Source: Candidatus Eiseniibacteriota bacterium (lineage in GTDB: Bacteria; Eisenbacteria; RBG-16-71-46). From it: a stretch of DNA of 64,000 nucleotides. Of this stretch, positions 40,808-50,579 are shown one piece after another. The notes beneath the pieces are model-generated. The model was not told the DNA's origin, made no database searches, and was given only the letters and a program-made list of their open reading frames with translations. The DNA is taken from NCBI GenBank assembly GCA_041483195.1, contig JBGPFC010000005.1:100958-164957 (forward strand), written 5' to 3'. The translations under genes were made by a program, and so were the position numbers. Each line of letters opens with the position of its first letter. The stretch's first letter is position 1.

Positions 40808-41763
40808 CCCGCGCGTTGAGCCGCCTGTGGCGCGTGAACCGCGGCCTGCTGGTGCTGCTCGGGATCGTCGCGATCACCGGCGTCATCAACTTCTTCGTCA
40901 TCAACCAGCGCGCGTTCCTCAACTTCTACTACCTGCCGGTCGTGTTCGGCGCCTACACGCTGGGCCTGCGCAAGGGCGTGTACTCGGCCCTGTTCTCGTG
41001 CGCCATCGTGTTCACCATCGCGCTCATGAACGAGCACCAGTTCCTCGCGAACGACCCCGAGAACTGGATGCGCTGGCTCGACCTCGTCACCTGGGGCTGC
41101 TTCCTGGTGCTCACCTCCTACGTGGTCGGCACCCTCTACGAGGAGAAGGAGCAGCAGCTTCACGAGATCCGGCAGGCCTACTCGGGCATCCTCGAGATCA
41201 TGTCGAAGTTCATCGACTCGGTGGATCGCTACACCGAGAACCACTCGCGGCGGGTCGCCGACTATTCGATCGAGATCGCGCGCGCGATGGGGCTCGCCGA
41301 GCCGATCGTCGAGGACATCCGGGTCGGCGCCTACCTCCACGACATCGGCAAGGTGGACGTCAGCACCGAGGTGCTGCGCAAGGCGGCGGGCCTCACCGAG
41401 GAGGAGATGGACGAGATGCGCCGCCACGTGGACACCGGCGAGCGCATGGTGCGTTCGATGGGCGGCATCCTGAGGCACGTCATCCCGATGATCGCCTACC
41501 ATCACGAGCGCTGGGACGGAACCGGGTACAAGGGACTCGTGGGCGAGGCGATCCCGCTCGGGGCGCGCATCATCGCGGTGGCCGACACCTACGACGCGAT
41601 CGTGACCGACCGCGCCTACCGCAAGGGCCGCACGCCGGAGCAGGCGATGCGCATCCTCGAGGAGGCGAGCGGCACGCAGTTCGATCCATCGGTGGTCGCG
41701 GTGTTCATGCATCTCTACGCGCTGGGTCCCGCCGAGCCGGCCGGCGCGGAAGAGGCGGCGTAG
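40804..41763 (+). CDS. Membrane-bound HD-GYP-type phosphohydrolase
   Basis: About 4 TMs, then HSRRV, LHDIGK, HHERWDGTGY, IPLGARIIAVADTYDA; ATGA overlap with ATPase. Confidence 0.88.
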   Translation: MTRALSRLWRVNRGLLVLLGIVAITGVINFFVINQRAFLNFYYLPVVFGAYTLGLRKGVYSALFSCAIVFTIALMNEHQFLANDPENWMRWLDLVTWGCFLVLTSYVVGTLYEEKEQQLHEIRQAYSGILEIMSKFIDSVDRYTENHSRRVADYSIEIARAMGLAEPIVEDIRVGAYLHDIGKVDVSTEVLRKAAGLTEEEMDEMRRHVDTGERMVRSMGGILRHVIPMIAYHHERWDGTGYKGLVGEAIPLGARIIAVADTYDAIVTDRAYRKGRTPEQAMRILEEASGTQFDPSVVAVFMHLYALGPAEPAGAEEAA

Positions 41764-41861
41764 TCCGACCCACCTCGCACTCTCCGCGCTTGTTTCGCGC
41801 GCGCGCACGCGGCTAGACTCCCCTTCCGACCGCTTGGCGTCGGCCCCTGGAGGAAGCGAGC

Positions 41862-43715
41862 GTGCCCGCTCTCTATCTGGTCATCACCTCCGCGCTGGTC
41901 GCGATCATCGCGTACCGCACCTACGGCGCGTTCCTGGCCGCGAAGGTCGCGACGCTCGACGATCTGCGCATCACCCCCGCCCACACCCGCTTCGACGGGC
42001 GCGATTACGTGCCCACCCATCCGGTCGTGCTGTTCGGCCATCACTTCGCCGCGATCGCGGGCGCCGGTCCCCTGATCGGCCCGGTGCTCGCCGCCCAGTT
42101 CGGATACTTCCCCGGCTTCCTCTGGCTGCTGCTGGGATCGGTGCTGGCGGGCGGCGTCCACGATTTCGTGATCCTGACCGCCTCGGTGCGCAGCGGCGGG
42201 CGCTCGCTCGCGAACATCGCGCGCGAGCAGGTGAGCCCGCTCACCGGCACCGCCACCGCGATCGCGATCGTGTTCGTCATGACGGTGGCGCTCGCCGCGA
42301 TGGCGTTGGTGGTGGTGAACTCGCTCAAGCAGAGCGCGTGGGGCGTGTTCAGCATCGCGTGCACCATCCCGATCGCGCTCGCGATGGGGCTCTGGTCGTA
42401 TCGCGTGCGCCCCGGCTCGATCCGCATCACCACCGCGTTCGGCGTGGTGATGCTGCTGGTGGCGGTGGCGGCCGGCGCCTGGGTGCAGCAGTCGCCGATC
42501 GCCAGGGCTTTCGTCCACCCCGAGCGCACGGTGGGCCTCGCGATCATGGCCTACGGCTTCATCGCGTCGGTGCTGCCGGTGTGGCTGCTGCTCACGCCGC
42601 GCGACTATCTCTCGTCGTTCATGAAGATCGGCGCGATCGCGCTGCTCGCGGTCGGCGTGATCGTGGTGAACCCGCGGCTCCAGATGCCGGCCTTCACGCC
42701 CTACATCCACGGCGGCGGCCCGGTGTTCCCTGGCACGTTGTTCCCGTTCGTGTTCATCACCATCGCATGCGGCGCGATCTCGGGGTTCCACTCGCTGATC
42801 GCATCCGGCACCACCCCCAAGATGATCGACCGCGAGAGTCACATCCTGCCGATCTCGTACGGCGCGATGGTGGTCGAGGGCTTCGTCGGCGTCATCGCGC
42901 TGGTCGCCGCGTGCGCGCTCCATCCTGCCGACTACTTCGCGATCAACTCGAAGCCCGAGGTGTTCGCGACGCTCGGCATGGCGGTGCAGAACCTCCACGT
43001 GCTCGAGTCACAGGTCGGAGAGACGCTGGCCGGCCGCCCGGGCGGCGCGGTGTCGCTTGCGGTCGGCATGGCGCAGATCTTCTCGTCGCTCCCCTACCTC
43101 AAGGGACTGATGGCGTTCTGGTACCACTTCGCGATCATGTTCGAGGCGATGTTCGTGATGACGCTGATCGACGCCGGCACGCGCGTCACGCGCTACATGC
43201 TCCAGGAGGTGGGGGGCATGGCGTTCCCCGCGCTGCGCGCCTGGCAGGGCTTCGCGCCCGCGGTGGTGTTCAGCGCGCTCGCGGTCGCGGCGTGGGGCTA
43301 CTTCGTGTGGACCGGCACGGTGAGCACCATCTGGCCGATGCTGGGCGTAAGCAATCAGCTGCTCGCGGCGTTCGCGCTCGCGATCGGCACCTCGGTGCTG
43401 ATCAACATGGGCCGCGCGCGCTACGTGTGGTGCACGCTGGTCCCGCTCGCCTTCATGTGCGTGAACACGCTCACCGCCGGCTGGCTCAACATCCGCATCA
43501 ACTACCTGCGTCCGCAGCTGGCGGACGGCACGACCTCGCTGCTCTCGGCGTTCGCCCGCGCGCCGATCGCGGCCCGCATGCAATGCGTGATCACGCTGAT
43601 CGTCATGAGCCTGCTGGTGGTCGTCGTGATCGACAGCCTGGTGCGCTGGAGCCGCGCGCTGCGCGGCCCGCGGCGCGTGGTGGCCGCGACCCCCGCGCCC
43701 GCGGCCATCCCCTGA
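41862..43715 (+). CDS. cstA: Carbon starvation protein A (peptide/pyruvate transporter)
   Basis: DGRDYVPT..FGHHFAAIAGAGPLIGP, PRDYLS, ACGAISGFHSL..SGTTPK. Confidence 0.93.
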   Translation: MPALYLVITSALVAIIAYRTYGAFLAAKVATLDDLRITPAHTRFDGRDYVPTHPVVLFGHHFAAIAGAGPLIGPVLAAQFGYFPGFLWLLLGSVLAGGVHDFVILTASVRSGGRSLANIAREQVSPLTGTATAIAIVFVMTVALAAMALVVVNSLKQSAWGVFSIACTIPIALAMGLWSYRVRPGSIRITTAFGVVMLLVAVAAGAWVQQSPIARAFVHPERTVGLAIMAYGFIASVLPVWLLLTPRDYLSSFMKIGAIALLAVGVIVVNPRLQMPAFTPYIHGGGPVFPGTLFPFVFITIACGAISGFHSLIASGTTPKMIDRESHILPISYGAMVVEGFVGVIALVAACALHPADYFAINSKPEVFATLGMAVQNLHVLESQVGETLAGRPGGAVSLAVGMAQIFSSLPYLKGLMAFWYHFAIMFEAMFVMTLIDAGTRVTRYMLQEVGGMAFPALRAWQGFAPAVVFSALAVAAWGYFVWTGTVSTIWPMLGVSNQLLAAFALAIGTSVLINMGRARYVWCTLVPLAFMCVNTLTAGWLNIRINYLRPQLADGTTSLLSAFARAPIAARMQCVITLIVMSLLVVVVIDSLVRWSRALRGPRRVVAATPAPAAIP

Positions 43716-43734
43716 ACGCGCGACGCCTCGCCCG

Positions 43735-44325
43735 ATGAGGCCGCGCGCGGGGCTCGCCATCGCCCTCCTCGCGGCGCTCGCGTTGTTCGCGTGGCGCTCG
43801 CAGCTCTTCACCGTGAGCCGGCCCGGCGAGCGCCCCCGCGCGCTCGCGCTCATCCCGCGCGCGGCGCGCGCGCGCGTCAGCTTCGAGGTGGTGCTGCCGG
43901 CGGTGCCGGTCGGCATGGACCGGCTGCGCGAGAGCGACGGCCCGCTGCTCGTTCATTACTGGGCGCCGTGGGAGCGCGACGGCGCGACCCAGGCCGCGCG
44001 GCTCGATTCGCTGCGGCGCGATCCCGCGCTCGATCGGCTGCGGGTCGTGGTGGTCTGTTTCGACCCGTTCCCATCGGTCGCGCGCTACATCGCGCGGCAG
44101 CGCCTGCGGCTGCGCGTGCTGCTCGAGCACGATCGTTCGCTGCGGCGCGCGCTCCCGTGTCCGAGCGTCCCTTACACCTACGTGATCGACGCCGCGGGAC
44201 GGATCGCGATCGCCCAGAGCGGCGAGGTGGACTGGTTCGCGGCGGGCACGCGCGCCGCGCTCGATTCGCTGCTGGCCGAGCCCGACGACCGCGCGCCGGC
44301 TCTGCCCGCGAGCCTTCCGAGCTGA
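43735..44325 (+). CDS. TlpA/ResA-like thioredoxin-fold protein lacking CxxC
   Basis: N-terminal TM; LLVHYWAPWERDG; SVPYTYVIDAAGRI. Confidence 0.65.
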   Translation: MRPRAGLAIALLAALALFAWRSQLFTVSRPGERPRALALIPRAARARVSFEVVLPAVPVGMDRLRESDGPLLVHYWAPWERDGATQAARLDSLRRDPALDRLRVVVVCFDPFPSVARYIARQRLRLRVLLEHDRSLRRALPCPSVPYTYVIDAAGRIAIAQSGEVDWFAAGTRAALDSLLAEPDDRAPALPASLPS

Positions 44326-44429
44326 GACCCGCCCCGGTCCCCGGACCGACTCGGTCCCGCGCCGCACCTCACGCGAACGGCCCGCCAGCGTGTTGCCGGC
44401 GGGCCGTTTGGCGGACTTCAATCAAGCAA

Positions 44430-44505
<76 letters not shown>

Positions 44506-44569
44506 ACGGAAACGTGCGCGGTCGTGTTTACAACAGCCTTCGACCCGGCGTCAAACGCCGGCGCCACCA

Positions 44570-46111
44570 TTAGAAGAGGCGCCGCCGCCGCCGGGGCGGC
44601 GATCCCAGCAGCGCCCCCATCAGGCCACGCGTCACCGCGCCCGCGATGGTGCGCGTGAGCGGCGACTTGAGCACCTGATCGAGCGTGGTGGGCTGAGGCC
44701 TCGCGGCCGCGCGGCTCGCGCGAGCCGGCGTGGCGGCCTCCGCGTCGTCGCCGCCGCCCGCCGCCACCGGCGCCATGCGCGCGGCCAGCAATTCGCGCGC
44801 GCTCTCGCGGTCGATCGCTGTCGCGTACTCCTTCACCTGCGCCGAGGAGGCGAGCCGCTGGCTCAGCTCGTCGGGCGTGAGCGGGCCCATGCGCGAAGCG
44901 GGGGGCGCCATGCGCGTGACGAACGGCGGCGTGGGCGCGCCGCTCGGCGACAGCACCGTGACCAGCGCCTCGCCGATCCCGAGCGAGGTGAGCACCGACT
45001 CCACCTCGTAGAATTCCGTACGCGGAAACGTGCGCGCCGCGCTCTTCAGCGCCTTCTCGTCGTCGGGCGTGAACGCGCGCAGCGCGTGCTGCACGCGGCA
45101 GCCGAGCTGGCCCAGGATCTCGGGCGGGATGTCCCTGGGGCTCTGCGTGACGAAGAAGATGCCGACTCCCTTCGAGCGGACCAGCCGCACCACCTGCTCG
45201 ATCTCGGCGAGGAACGCCTTGCTGGCGCCGTCGAACAGCAGATGCGCCTCGTCGAAGAAGAATACGAGCTTGGGCTTGTCGACGTCCCCCACCTCGGGCA
45301 GCTCGTGGTAGAGACGCGCCAGCATCCACATCATGAACGTCGAGAACAGCGCCGGCTTGTCCTGCACGTCGGTCAGCTCGAGCACGCTCACCAGCCCGCG
45401 GCCGTCGCGCTCGGTCTGCGAGAGATCGCCGAGATCGAACTCGGGCTCGCCGAAGAACGCCTGCGCCCCCTGTTGCTCCAGCTCGACCATCTCGCGCAGC
45501 AGCACGCCGACCGTGGCCTTCGACATGCCGCCGTAGTCCTTGAGGTCCGCCGCGCCATCGCCGCTCAGGTGCTGGAGCACCGCGCGCAGGTCGGGGAAGT
45601 CGATGAGCGGCAGCTTGCGATCGTCGCAGTACTTGAAGACCAGCGAGAGCACGCTCGATTGCGTCTCGTTGAGGCCCAGCACCTTGGAGAGCAGCAGCGG
45701 GCCGAAGCTCGTGACCGTCGCGCGGAGCTGTGCGCCGTGCGCGCCGGTCAAGCTCAGGAACTCGACCGGGCACGCGAGCGGCTTCCACGCGTAGCCCGTC
45801 TCCTTCGCGCGCTGCGACACGCGATCGCTCGATTCGCCGGCCGCGCCGAGCCCCGAGAGATCGCCCTTCAGGTCCGCGAGGAACACCGGGACGCCCGCGG
45901 CCGATAGCTGCTCGGCGAGCAGCTGGAGCGTCTTCGTCTTGCCGGTGCCGGTCGCGCCGGCGATCAGCCCGTGACGGTTCATCATCGCGAGCGCGACGCG
46001 CACCAGCGGCTCGGGCAGACACTCGCCCTTGTGCACCGGCGCGCCGAGCGTGAGGGCGGGGGCGCCCGCGGGAAACGCGGCGCGCGCGGCGGCGATCAGC
46101 TTTTCATCCAT
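44570..46111 (-). CDS. DUF853 / HerA-like P-loop ATPase (YjgR-like)
   Basis: NRHGLIAGATGTGKT, FFFDEAHLLF, RSKGVG, QHALRAFTP. Confidence 0.88.
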   Translation of the reverse strand: MDEKLIAAARAAFPAGAPALTLGAPVHKGECLPEPLVRVALAMMNRHGLIAGATGTGKTKTLQLLAEQLSAAGVPVFLADLKGDLSGLGAAGESSDRVSQRAKETGYAWKPLACPVEFLSLTGAHGAQLRATVTSFGPLLLSKVLGLNETQSSVLSLVFKYCDDRKLPLIDFPDLRAVLQHLSGDGAADLKDYGGMSKATVGVLLREMVELEQQGAQAFFGEPEFDLGDLSQTERDGRGLVSVLELTDVQDKPALFSTFMMWMLARLYHELPEVGDVDKPKLVFFFDEAHLLFDGASKAFLAEIEQVVRLVRSKGVGIFFVTQSPRDIPPEILGQLGCRVQHALRAFTPDDEKALKSAARTFPRTEFYEVESVLTSLGIGEALVTVLSPSGAPTPPFVTRMAPPASRMGPLTPDELSQRLASSAQVKEYATAIDRESARELLAARMAPVAAGGGDDAEAATPARASRAAARPQPTTLDQVLKSPLTRTIAGAVTRGLMGALLGSPPRRRRRLF

Positions 46112-46114
46112 GCG

Positions 46115-46681
46115 CTATTTCTCCATCTTGAGAACGATGCGCGCCTCGCCGGTCGTGGCGCGCGCCACCATACGCACGTGATCCACCTTGTGGCCGTCCC
46201 TGAAGTCGAGGAGTGAATAGTGTCCGGGACCCTGCGTCTTCTCGGCGAAGTCCACGACCTGGGTTTCGCCGTTCTCGAACACCACTTCGGCCCAGTCGAA
46301 CTGCGCGCGGCCCGCCGCGATCTCGAGCCAGAGCTTCGTGCCGCGGCTGTCGCAGTCGAGCGTGAACTCGCTCCAGTCGTCGGCCCTGGCGATCGTCTCG
46401 CCGTCCTCCCACGCCAGGACCTCGTGCGCGGGCGCGGTGGCGATCAGCACGCCCGCGAACACGACGGGCGCGAGGAACACTCCGGGCTGGACGCGAATCG
46501 CCACGCGGGCCGGATGCACCACCGCCCGGCGCATCGGGCGCCGCAGCGGCCAACCGCGGCGCACCACCACCACCGCACGGCCCCGCGGGCCACGACGCAC
46601 CACGCGGCGCGCGGCGATCGCGGGATCCAGCGCCGCGAGACCCATCACCAGCACCAGGCAGCACATGAGCACGCGCTTCAT
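46115..46681 (-). CDS. Secreted hypothetical protein, paralog A
   Basis: Signal peptide, Arg/Val-rich segment, C-domain AEVVFENGETQVVDF..FRDGHKVDHVRMVARA. Confidence 0.75.
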   Translation of the reverse strand: MKRVLMCCLVLVMGLAALDPAIAARRVVRRGPRGRAVVVVRRGWPLRRPMRRAVVHPARVAIRVQPGVFLAPVVFAGVLIATAPAHEVLAWEDGETIARADDWSEFTLDCDSRGTKLWLEIAAGRAQFDWAEVVFENGETQVVDFAEKTQGPGHYSLLDFRDGHKVDHVRMVARATTGEARIVLKMEK

Positions 46682-46815
46682 CGCAGCATCCTCCATTGGA
46701 ACGGGCCAGGGCCGGGAGCGACGCCGGGCATCTTAGTGCAGCCTGTGTGGTGCGCGCCACGCGTGTTCGCAGCGGAGGCCACGGGCCGAAGGAGCCGTGC
46801 CCGGGGACGAACGCG

Positions 46816-46848
46816 AAACGGCGGCGGGAGCCTCGCCCCCCGCCGCCG
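46816..46848 (-). terminator. Possible intrinsic terminator between the paralogs
   Basis: cggcggcggg/cccgccgccg stem followed by TTT on minus strand. Confidence 0.4.
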
Positions 46849-46869
46849 CACGCAAATTGGAAAGCCGAT

Positions 46870-47499
46870 CTACTTCGCCATCTTGAGCACGAGCTTGGTG
46901 CCGTCGGCCCTCGCGCGCGCCACCATGCGCACGTGCGATACCTTGCGGCCGTCCTTGAAGTCGAGCACCGAGTAGGTGCCGGCGCCACGATCGCACTCGC
47001 GGAAGTCCACCACCTGCGTCTCGCCGTTGGCGAACACCACCTCTGCGAAGTTGAGCTGAGCCCAGCCCTGGATCTCGAGGTAGAGCTTCCGGCCGCGGTC
47101 GTTCACGTTGAGCGTGAAGTCCGTCCAGTTGTCGTCCCTCGAGAGCGACTCCGAGTCTTCCCACACCATCGGCGCGTGCGGCGGCAGACTCGCGATCGCC
47201 GCCATCCACAGCACCGGCGCGAGGAACACTCCAGGCGTCACCATGACCCGGGTGCGAGCCGGGCGCACCACCACCATCGGCATCGACCGGCTAATCGGGA
47301 AGCCGCGGCGAACCACCACCACCGTGCGCGCGTGGCCGCCATGCACCACCGCCACCGCCTTGGCGGGGCCGCGGTGCACCACGGTCACCGTCTTCGCGGG
47401 GCCGCGGTGCGCCACCGCCGCGGCGCGGCGCGCGGAGGCCGACGCGACGCTCGAGACCGCGACGGCCACGAGCAGGGAAAGCACGAGCAGACGCTTCAT
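46870..47499 (-). CDS. Secreted hypothetical protein, paralog B
   Basis: RBS GAAGGAGG, signal peptide, HRGPAK repeats, C-domain AEVVFANGETQVVDF..FKDGRKVSHVRMVARA. Confidence 0.75.
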   Translation of the reverse strand: MKRLLVLSLLVAVAVSSVASASARRAAAVAHRGPAKTVTVVHRGPAKAVAVVHGGHARTVVVVRRGFPISRSMPMVVVRPARTRVMVTPGVFLAPVLWMAAIASLPPHAPMVWEDSESLSRDDNWTDFTLNVNDRGRKLYLEIQGWAQLNFAEVVFANGETQVVDFRECDRGAGTYSVLDFKDGRKVSHVRMVARARADGTKLVLKMAK

Positions 47500-47754
47500 T
47501 TCGTCCTCCTTCGAGACTGGAGCCACGGTCAGTCGATCGGCGGCACAGGAGATCATGCGGGGGTGTGATCGCTGTCATCGGCACGATGGAGGCGGGGCTT
47601 GAGGGCGCAGCGTGACGGCCCGGCGTAGCGCGGCGAGGTCGCGGTTGATGCCGCTTCCGACCGTCTGCTACGGTCCCTCGCCCCGTCGCCGCAGTAGCGG
47701 AACTGGCAGATGCGCGCTCGTGTGCCCACTTCACCCTCACCTCTCGGAGGACAA

Positions 47755-48303
47755 ATGGTCAAGGCCGCACCGATCGCCCTTGCCGCCGTCGTCGCGTTCG
47801 CCGCTGCCGCTCATGCCTACGACTGGGGCAAGCCGAGCGCGCCCGTCATTCCGCAGGCCGACGGTTTCTTCGCCATTCGCGACGCGGCGTTGACCCCGCG
47901 GCCGAGTGAGACCTTCAAGGCCGTCTTCGACGCGACGCGGGGCGCGGAGAAGCCGACGCAGATCCTGCCCGCGCTCAACATGGCCGGTTCGGAACTCAAC
48001 CTGATCGTTGAGTCCGGCGTGCCGCTCGCGAACGCGAAGTTCGTCGTCGTGTTCCACGCCGATGGGATCGATGGGATCCTCGAGGACTCTGCGTACCGGG
48101 CGAAGTTCGGCGTCGCGAACCCGAACCTCGCGGTGCTCTCCGAGCTGCGCCGCAAGGGCGTCGAGCTGTACGTCTGCGGGCAGAACATGGCCTTCGTGGG
48201 GATCGATCCCAAGACGATCGCTCCGGAGGTGCGGGTGGCCAGCGACGCCCTCATCGTGCTCATGACCTACGAGATGAGGGGCTACGCGCTCATGAGCTTC
48301 TGA
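47755..48303 (+). CDS. Exported DsrE-family protein
   Basis: RBS GGAGG, signal peptide, KAVFD, VVVFH, NPNL..L..L...GVELYVCGQ. Confidence 0.7.
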   Translation: MVKAAPIALAAVVAFAAAAHAYDWGKPSAPVIPQADGFFAIRDAALTPRPSETFKAVFDATRGAEKPTQILPALNMAGSELNLIVESGVPLANAKFVVVFHADGIDGILEDSAYRAKFGVANPNLAVLSELRRKGVELYVCGQNMAFVGIDPKTIAPEVRVASDALIVLMTYEMRGYALMSF

Positions 48304-48359
48304 GCGCGGCGAATTGCAGAACGCGCCCGATCGGTTAAGTTCATCGAGTGGTCGCACGT

Positions 48360-48448
48360 GCCGGAGTGGCGGAACTGGCAGACGCGCGGGACTCAAAATC
48401 CCGTGAGGCTCAAACCTCGTGAGGGTTCGACCCCCTCCTCCGGCACCA
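48360..48448 (+). tRNA. tRNA-Leu(CAA)
   Basis: GCCGGAGTGGCGGAACTGGCAGACGCG, anticodon loop CTCAAAA, long variable arm, GGTTCGA, CCA end. Confidence 0.95.
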
Positions 48449-48579
48449 ACATCGGGCTATGTGTTCCGCGTCGACTGCAACCCCGCGCACTGTGGTCGCG
48501 CGCATGAGCCGGTCAGACAATCGGGGACAAAGGATGCCCAATTCGGCCGGCGCGCGTGACACCTCACGGAGGCCGCCTC

Positions 48580-50337
48580 ATGCACAAGGCTAGATCTCTC
48601 TTCTTCGCGTGCGCAGGCTTGCTCGGCCTCGCGCTCCTGCTGCAGCGTCCTGCCACTGCGGCATGGCCCACCGACCCGCTCGTCAACGTGCCGCTCTGCA
48701 CCGCGGCGAACGATCAGTTCAACCCCACGATGGTCTCGGACGGCGCGGGCGGGGCGATCGTCACCTGGTACGATTATCGTAGCGGCACGAACTACGACAT
48801 CTACGCCCAGCACGTGCTGGCGAGCGGTGCGGTGGACCCGGCGTGGCCGGCGAACGGCCGCGCCCTGTGCACCGCGACGAATGCGCAGCAGTACCCCACG
48901 ATCGTCGCGGACGGCTCGGGTGGCGCCATCGTCACGTGGTACGACGCTCGCAGCGGCACGGACAACGACATCTACGCCCAGCACGTGCTGGCGAGCGGCG
49001 CCGTGGACCCGGCATGGCCCGCCGATGGCCGCGCCCTCTGCACCGCGGTGAACGGTCAGTACGAGCCCACGATCGTCGCGGACGGCTCGGGCGGCGCCAT
49101 CGTCAGCTGGGCCGACTACCGCGGCGGCACGTACTCCGACATCTTTGCTCAGCACGTGCTGGCGAGCGGGGCCGTGGACCCCGCGTGGCCCGCCGATGGC
49201 CGCGCCCTCTGCACCGCGGCGAACGATCAGTTCAACCCCACGATCGTCGCGGACGGTGCGGGCGGTACCATCGTCACCTGGGAAGACTATCGGGGCGGCA
49301 TGTACAGGGATATCTTTGCTCAGCACGTGCTGGCAAGCGGGGCGGTGGACCCCGCGTGGCCCGCGGACGGCCGCGCCCTCTGCACCGCGGCGAACGATCA
49401 GTACAACCCCACGATCGTCGCGGACGGGTCGGGCGGTGCCATCGTCACCTGGGAAGACTATCGGGGCGGCACGTACACCGATATCTTTGCTCAGCACGTG
49501 CTGGCGGACGGTGCGGTGGACCCGGTGTGGCCCGTGGACGGTTGCGCCCTCTGCACCGCGGCGCACTCTCAGCACAACCCCACGATCGTCGCGGACGGGA
49601 CGGGTGGCGCCATCGCCACCTGGTCCGACTATCGCAGCAGCAGCGACTACGACATCTACGCTCAGCACGTGCTGGCGACCGGTGCCGTGGACCCGGCGTG
49701 GCCCGCGGACGGCCGCGCCCTCTGCAGCGCGGCGATCGATCAGTTGCTCCCCACGATCGTCGCGGACGGCTCGGGTGGCGCCATCGTCACCTGGGAAGAT
49801 CGTCGCAGCGCCACTTACTTCGACATCTACGCCCAGCACGTGCTGGCGAGCGGTGCGGTGGACCCGGCGTGGCCCGCGTACGGCATCGCCCTCTGCACCG
49901 CGGCGAACGATCAATTGCACCCCACGATCGTCGCGGACGGCTCGGGTGGCACCATCGTCACCTGGGAAGACCGTCGCAGCGCCACTTACTCCGACATTTA
50001 CGCCCAGCGCGTGCTGGCGAACGGCCAGCTCGGCGGTGACGTGGTGAGCGTCCCGCGCGAAGCCCCGCTCGCGTTCGCGCTCGATCCCGTGCGCCCGAAC
50101 CCCACGCGCGGCGGCACTCTGACCGTGCACTTCGCACTCGCGAGTCCGGCGGCTGCGTCGCTCGAACTGTTCGACGTGGCCGGCCGCCGCATCGCCGCGC
50201 GCGAGGTGGGCTCGTTCGGCGCAGGACGGCACGCGCTCGACCTTCGTGAGGGCCAGCACCTCGCACCCGGGCTTTACCTGGTGTGCCTGCGGCAGGGCAC
50301 GAACACGCGAGTGACGCGGGTGGCGGTGCTGAGGTAG
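48580..50337 (+). CDS. Secreted protein with eight 57-aa tandem repeats and a C-terminal T9SS-CTD/FlgD-like domain
   Basis: RBS GGAGG; signal peptide; LCTAxxxQxxPTIVADGxGGAIVTWxDxR..DIYAQHV..G.VDPAWP x8; PNP..LFDVAGR..PGLY..VAVLR. Confidence 0.85.
   Translation: MHKARSLFFACAGLLGLALLLQRPATAAWPTDPLVNVPLCTAANDQFNPTMVSDGAGGAIVTWYDYRSGTNYDIYAQHVLASGAVDPAWPANGRALCTATNAQQYPTIVADGSGGAIVTWYDARSGTDNDIYAQHVLASGAVDPAWPADGRALCTAVNGQYEPTIVADGSGGAIVSWADYRGGTYSDIFAQHVLASGAVDPAWPADGRALCTAANDQFNPTIVADGAGGTIVTWEDYRGGMYRDIFAQHVLASGAVDPAWPADGRALCTAANDQYNPTIVADGSGGAIVTWEDYRGGTYTDIFAQHVLADGAVDPVWPVDGCALCTAAHSQHNPTIVADGTGGAIATWSDYRSSSDYDIYAQHVLATGAVDPAWPADGRALCSAAIDQLLPTIVADGSGGAIVTWEDRRSATYFDIYAQHVLASGAVDPAWPAYGIALCTAANDQLHPTIVADGSGGTIVTWEDRRSATYSDIYAQRVLANGQLGGDVVSVPREAPLAFALDPVRPNPTRGGTLTVHFALASPAAASLELFDVAGRRIAAREVGSFGAGRHALDLREGQHLAPGLYLVCLRQGTNTRVTRVAVLR
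48694..50030 (+). repeat. 171-bp coding tandem repeat, 8 copies
   Basis: ct(c/g)tgca(c/g)cgcg recurs at 171-bp period. Confidence 0.9.
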
Positions 50338-50579
50338 CGCGAGCGACGTCGAGCAGGAATCCGCTGCCCAGTTGGGGCCGCCATCCAAGGCGCTGCACCG
50401 GTGACGTGCTGGGCCAGACGGTCCGCACCGCCACTGTGCTCCTTCTGTGCTCGAACCACCGAGAAACACCCGTTTCCATGTGCTCGAAGCGGCAACATCG
50501 CTCTCGGCCATGGTGGCCACGTGTGGTCGGTTGTGCCCGCTCTTGGCCAGTGCTCTCGCCCGATCGGGACGACTCAGGC

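Noticed and set aside
48694..50030. Diversity-generating retroelement target or CRISPR
   Set aside because: No reverse transcriptase or template repeat in the window; repeats are in-frame coding units
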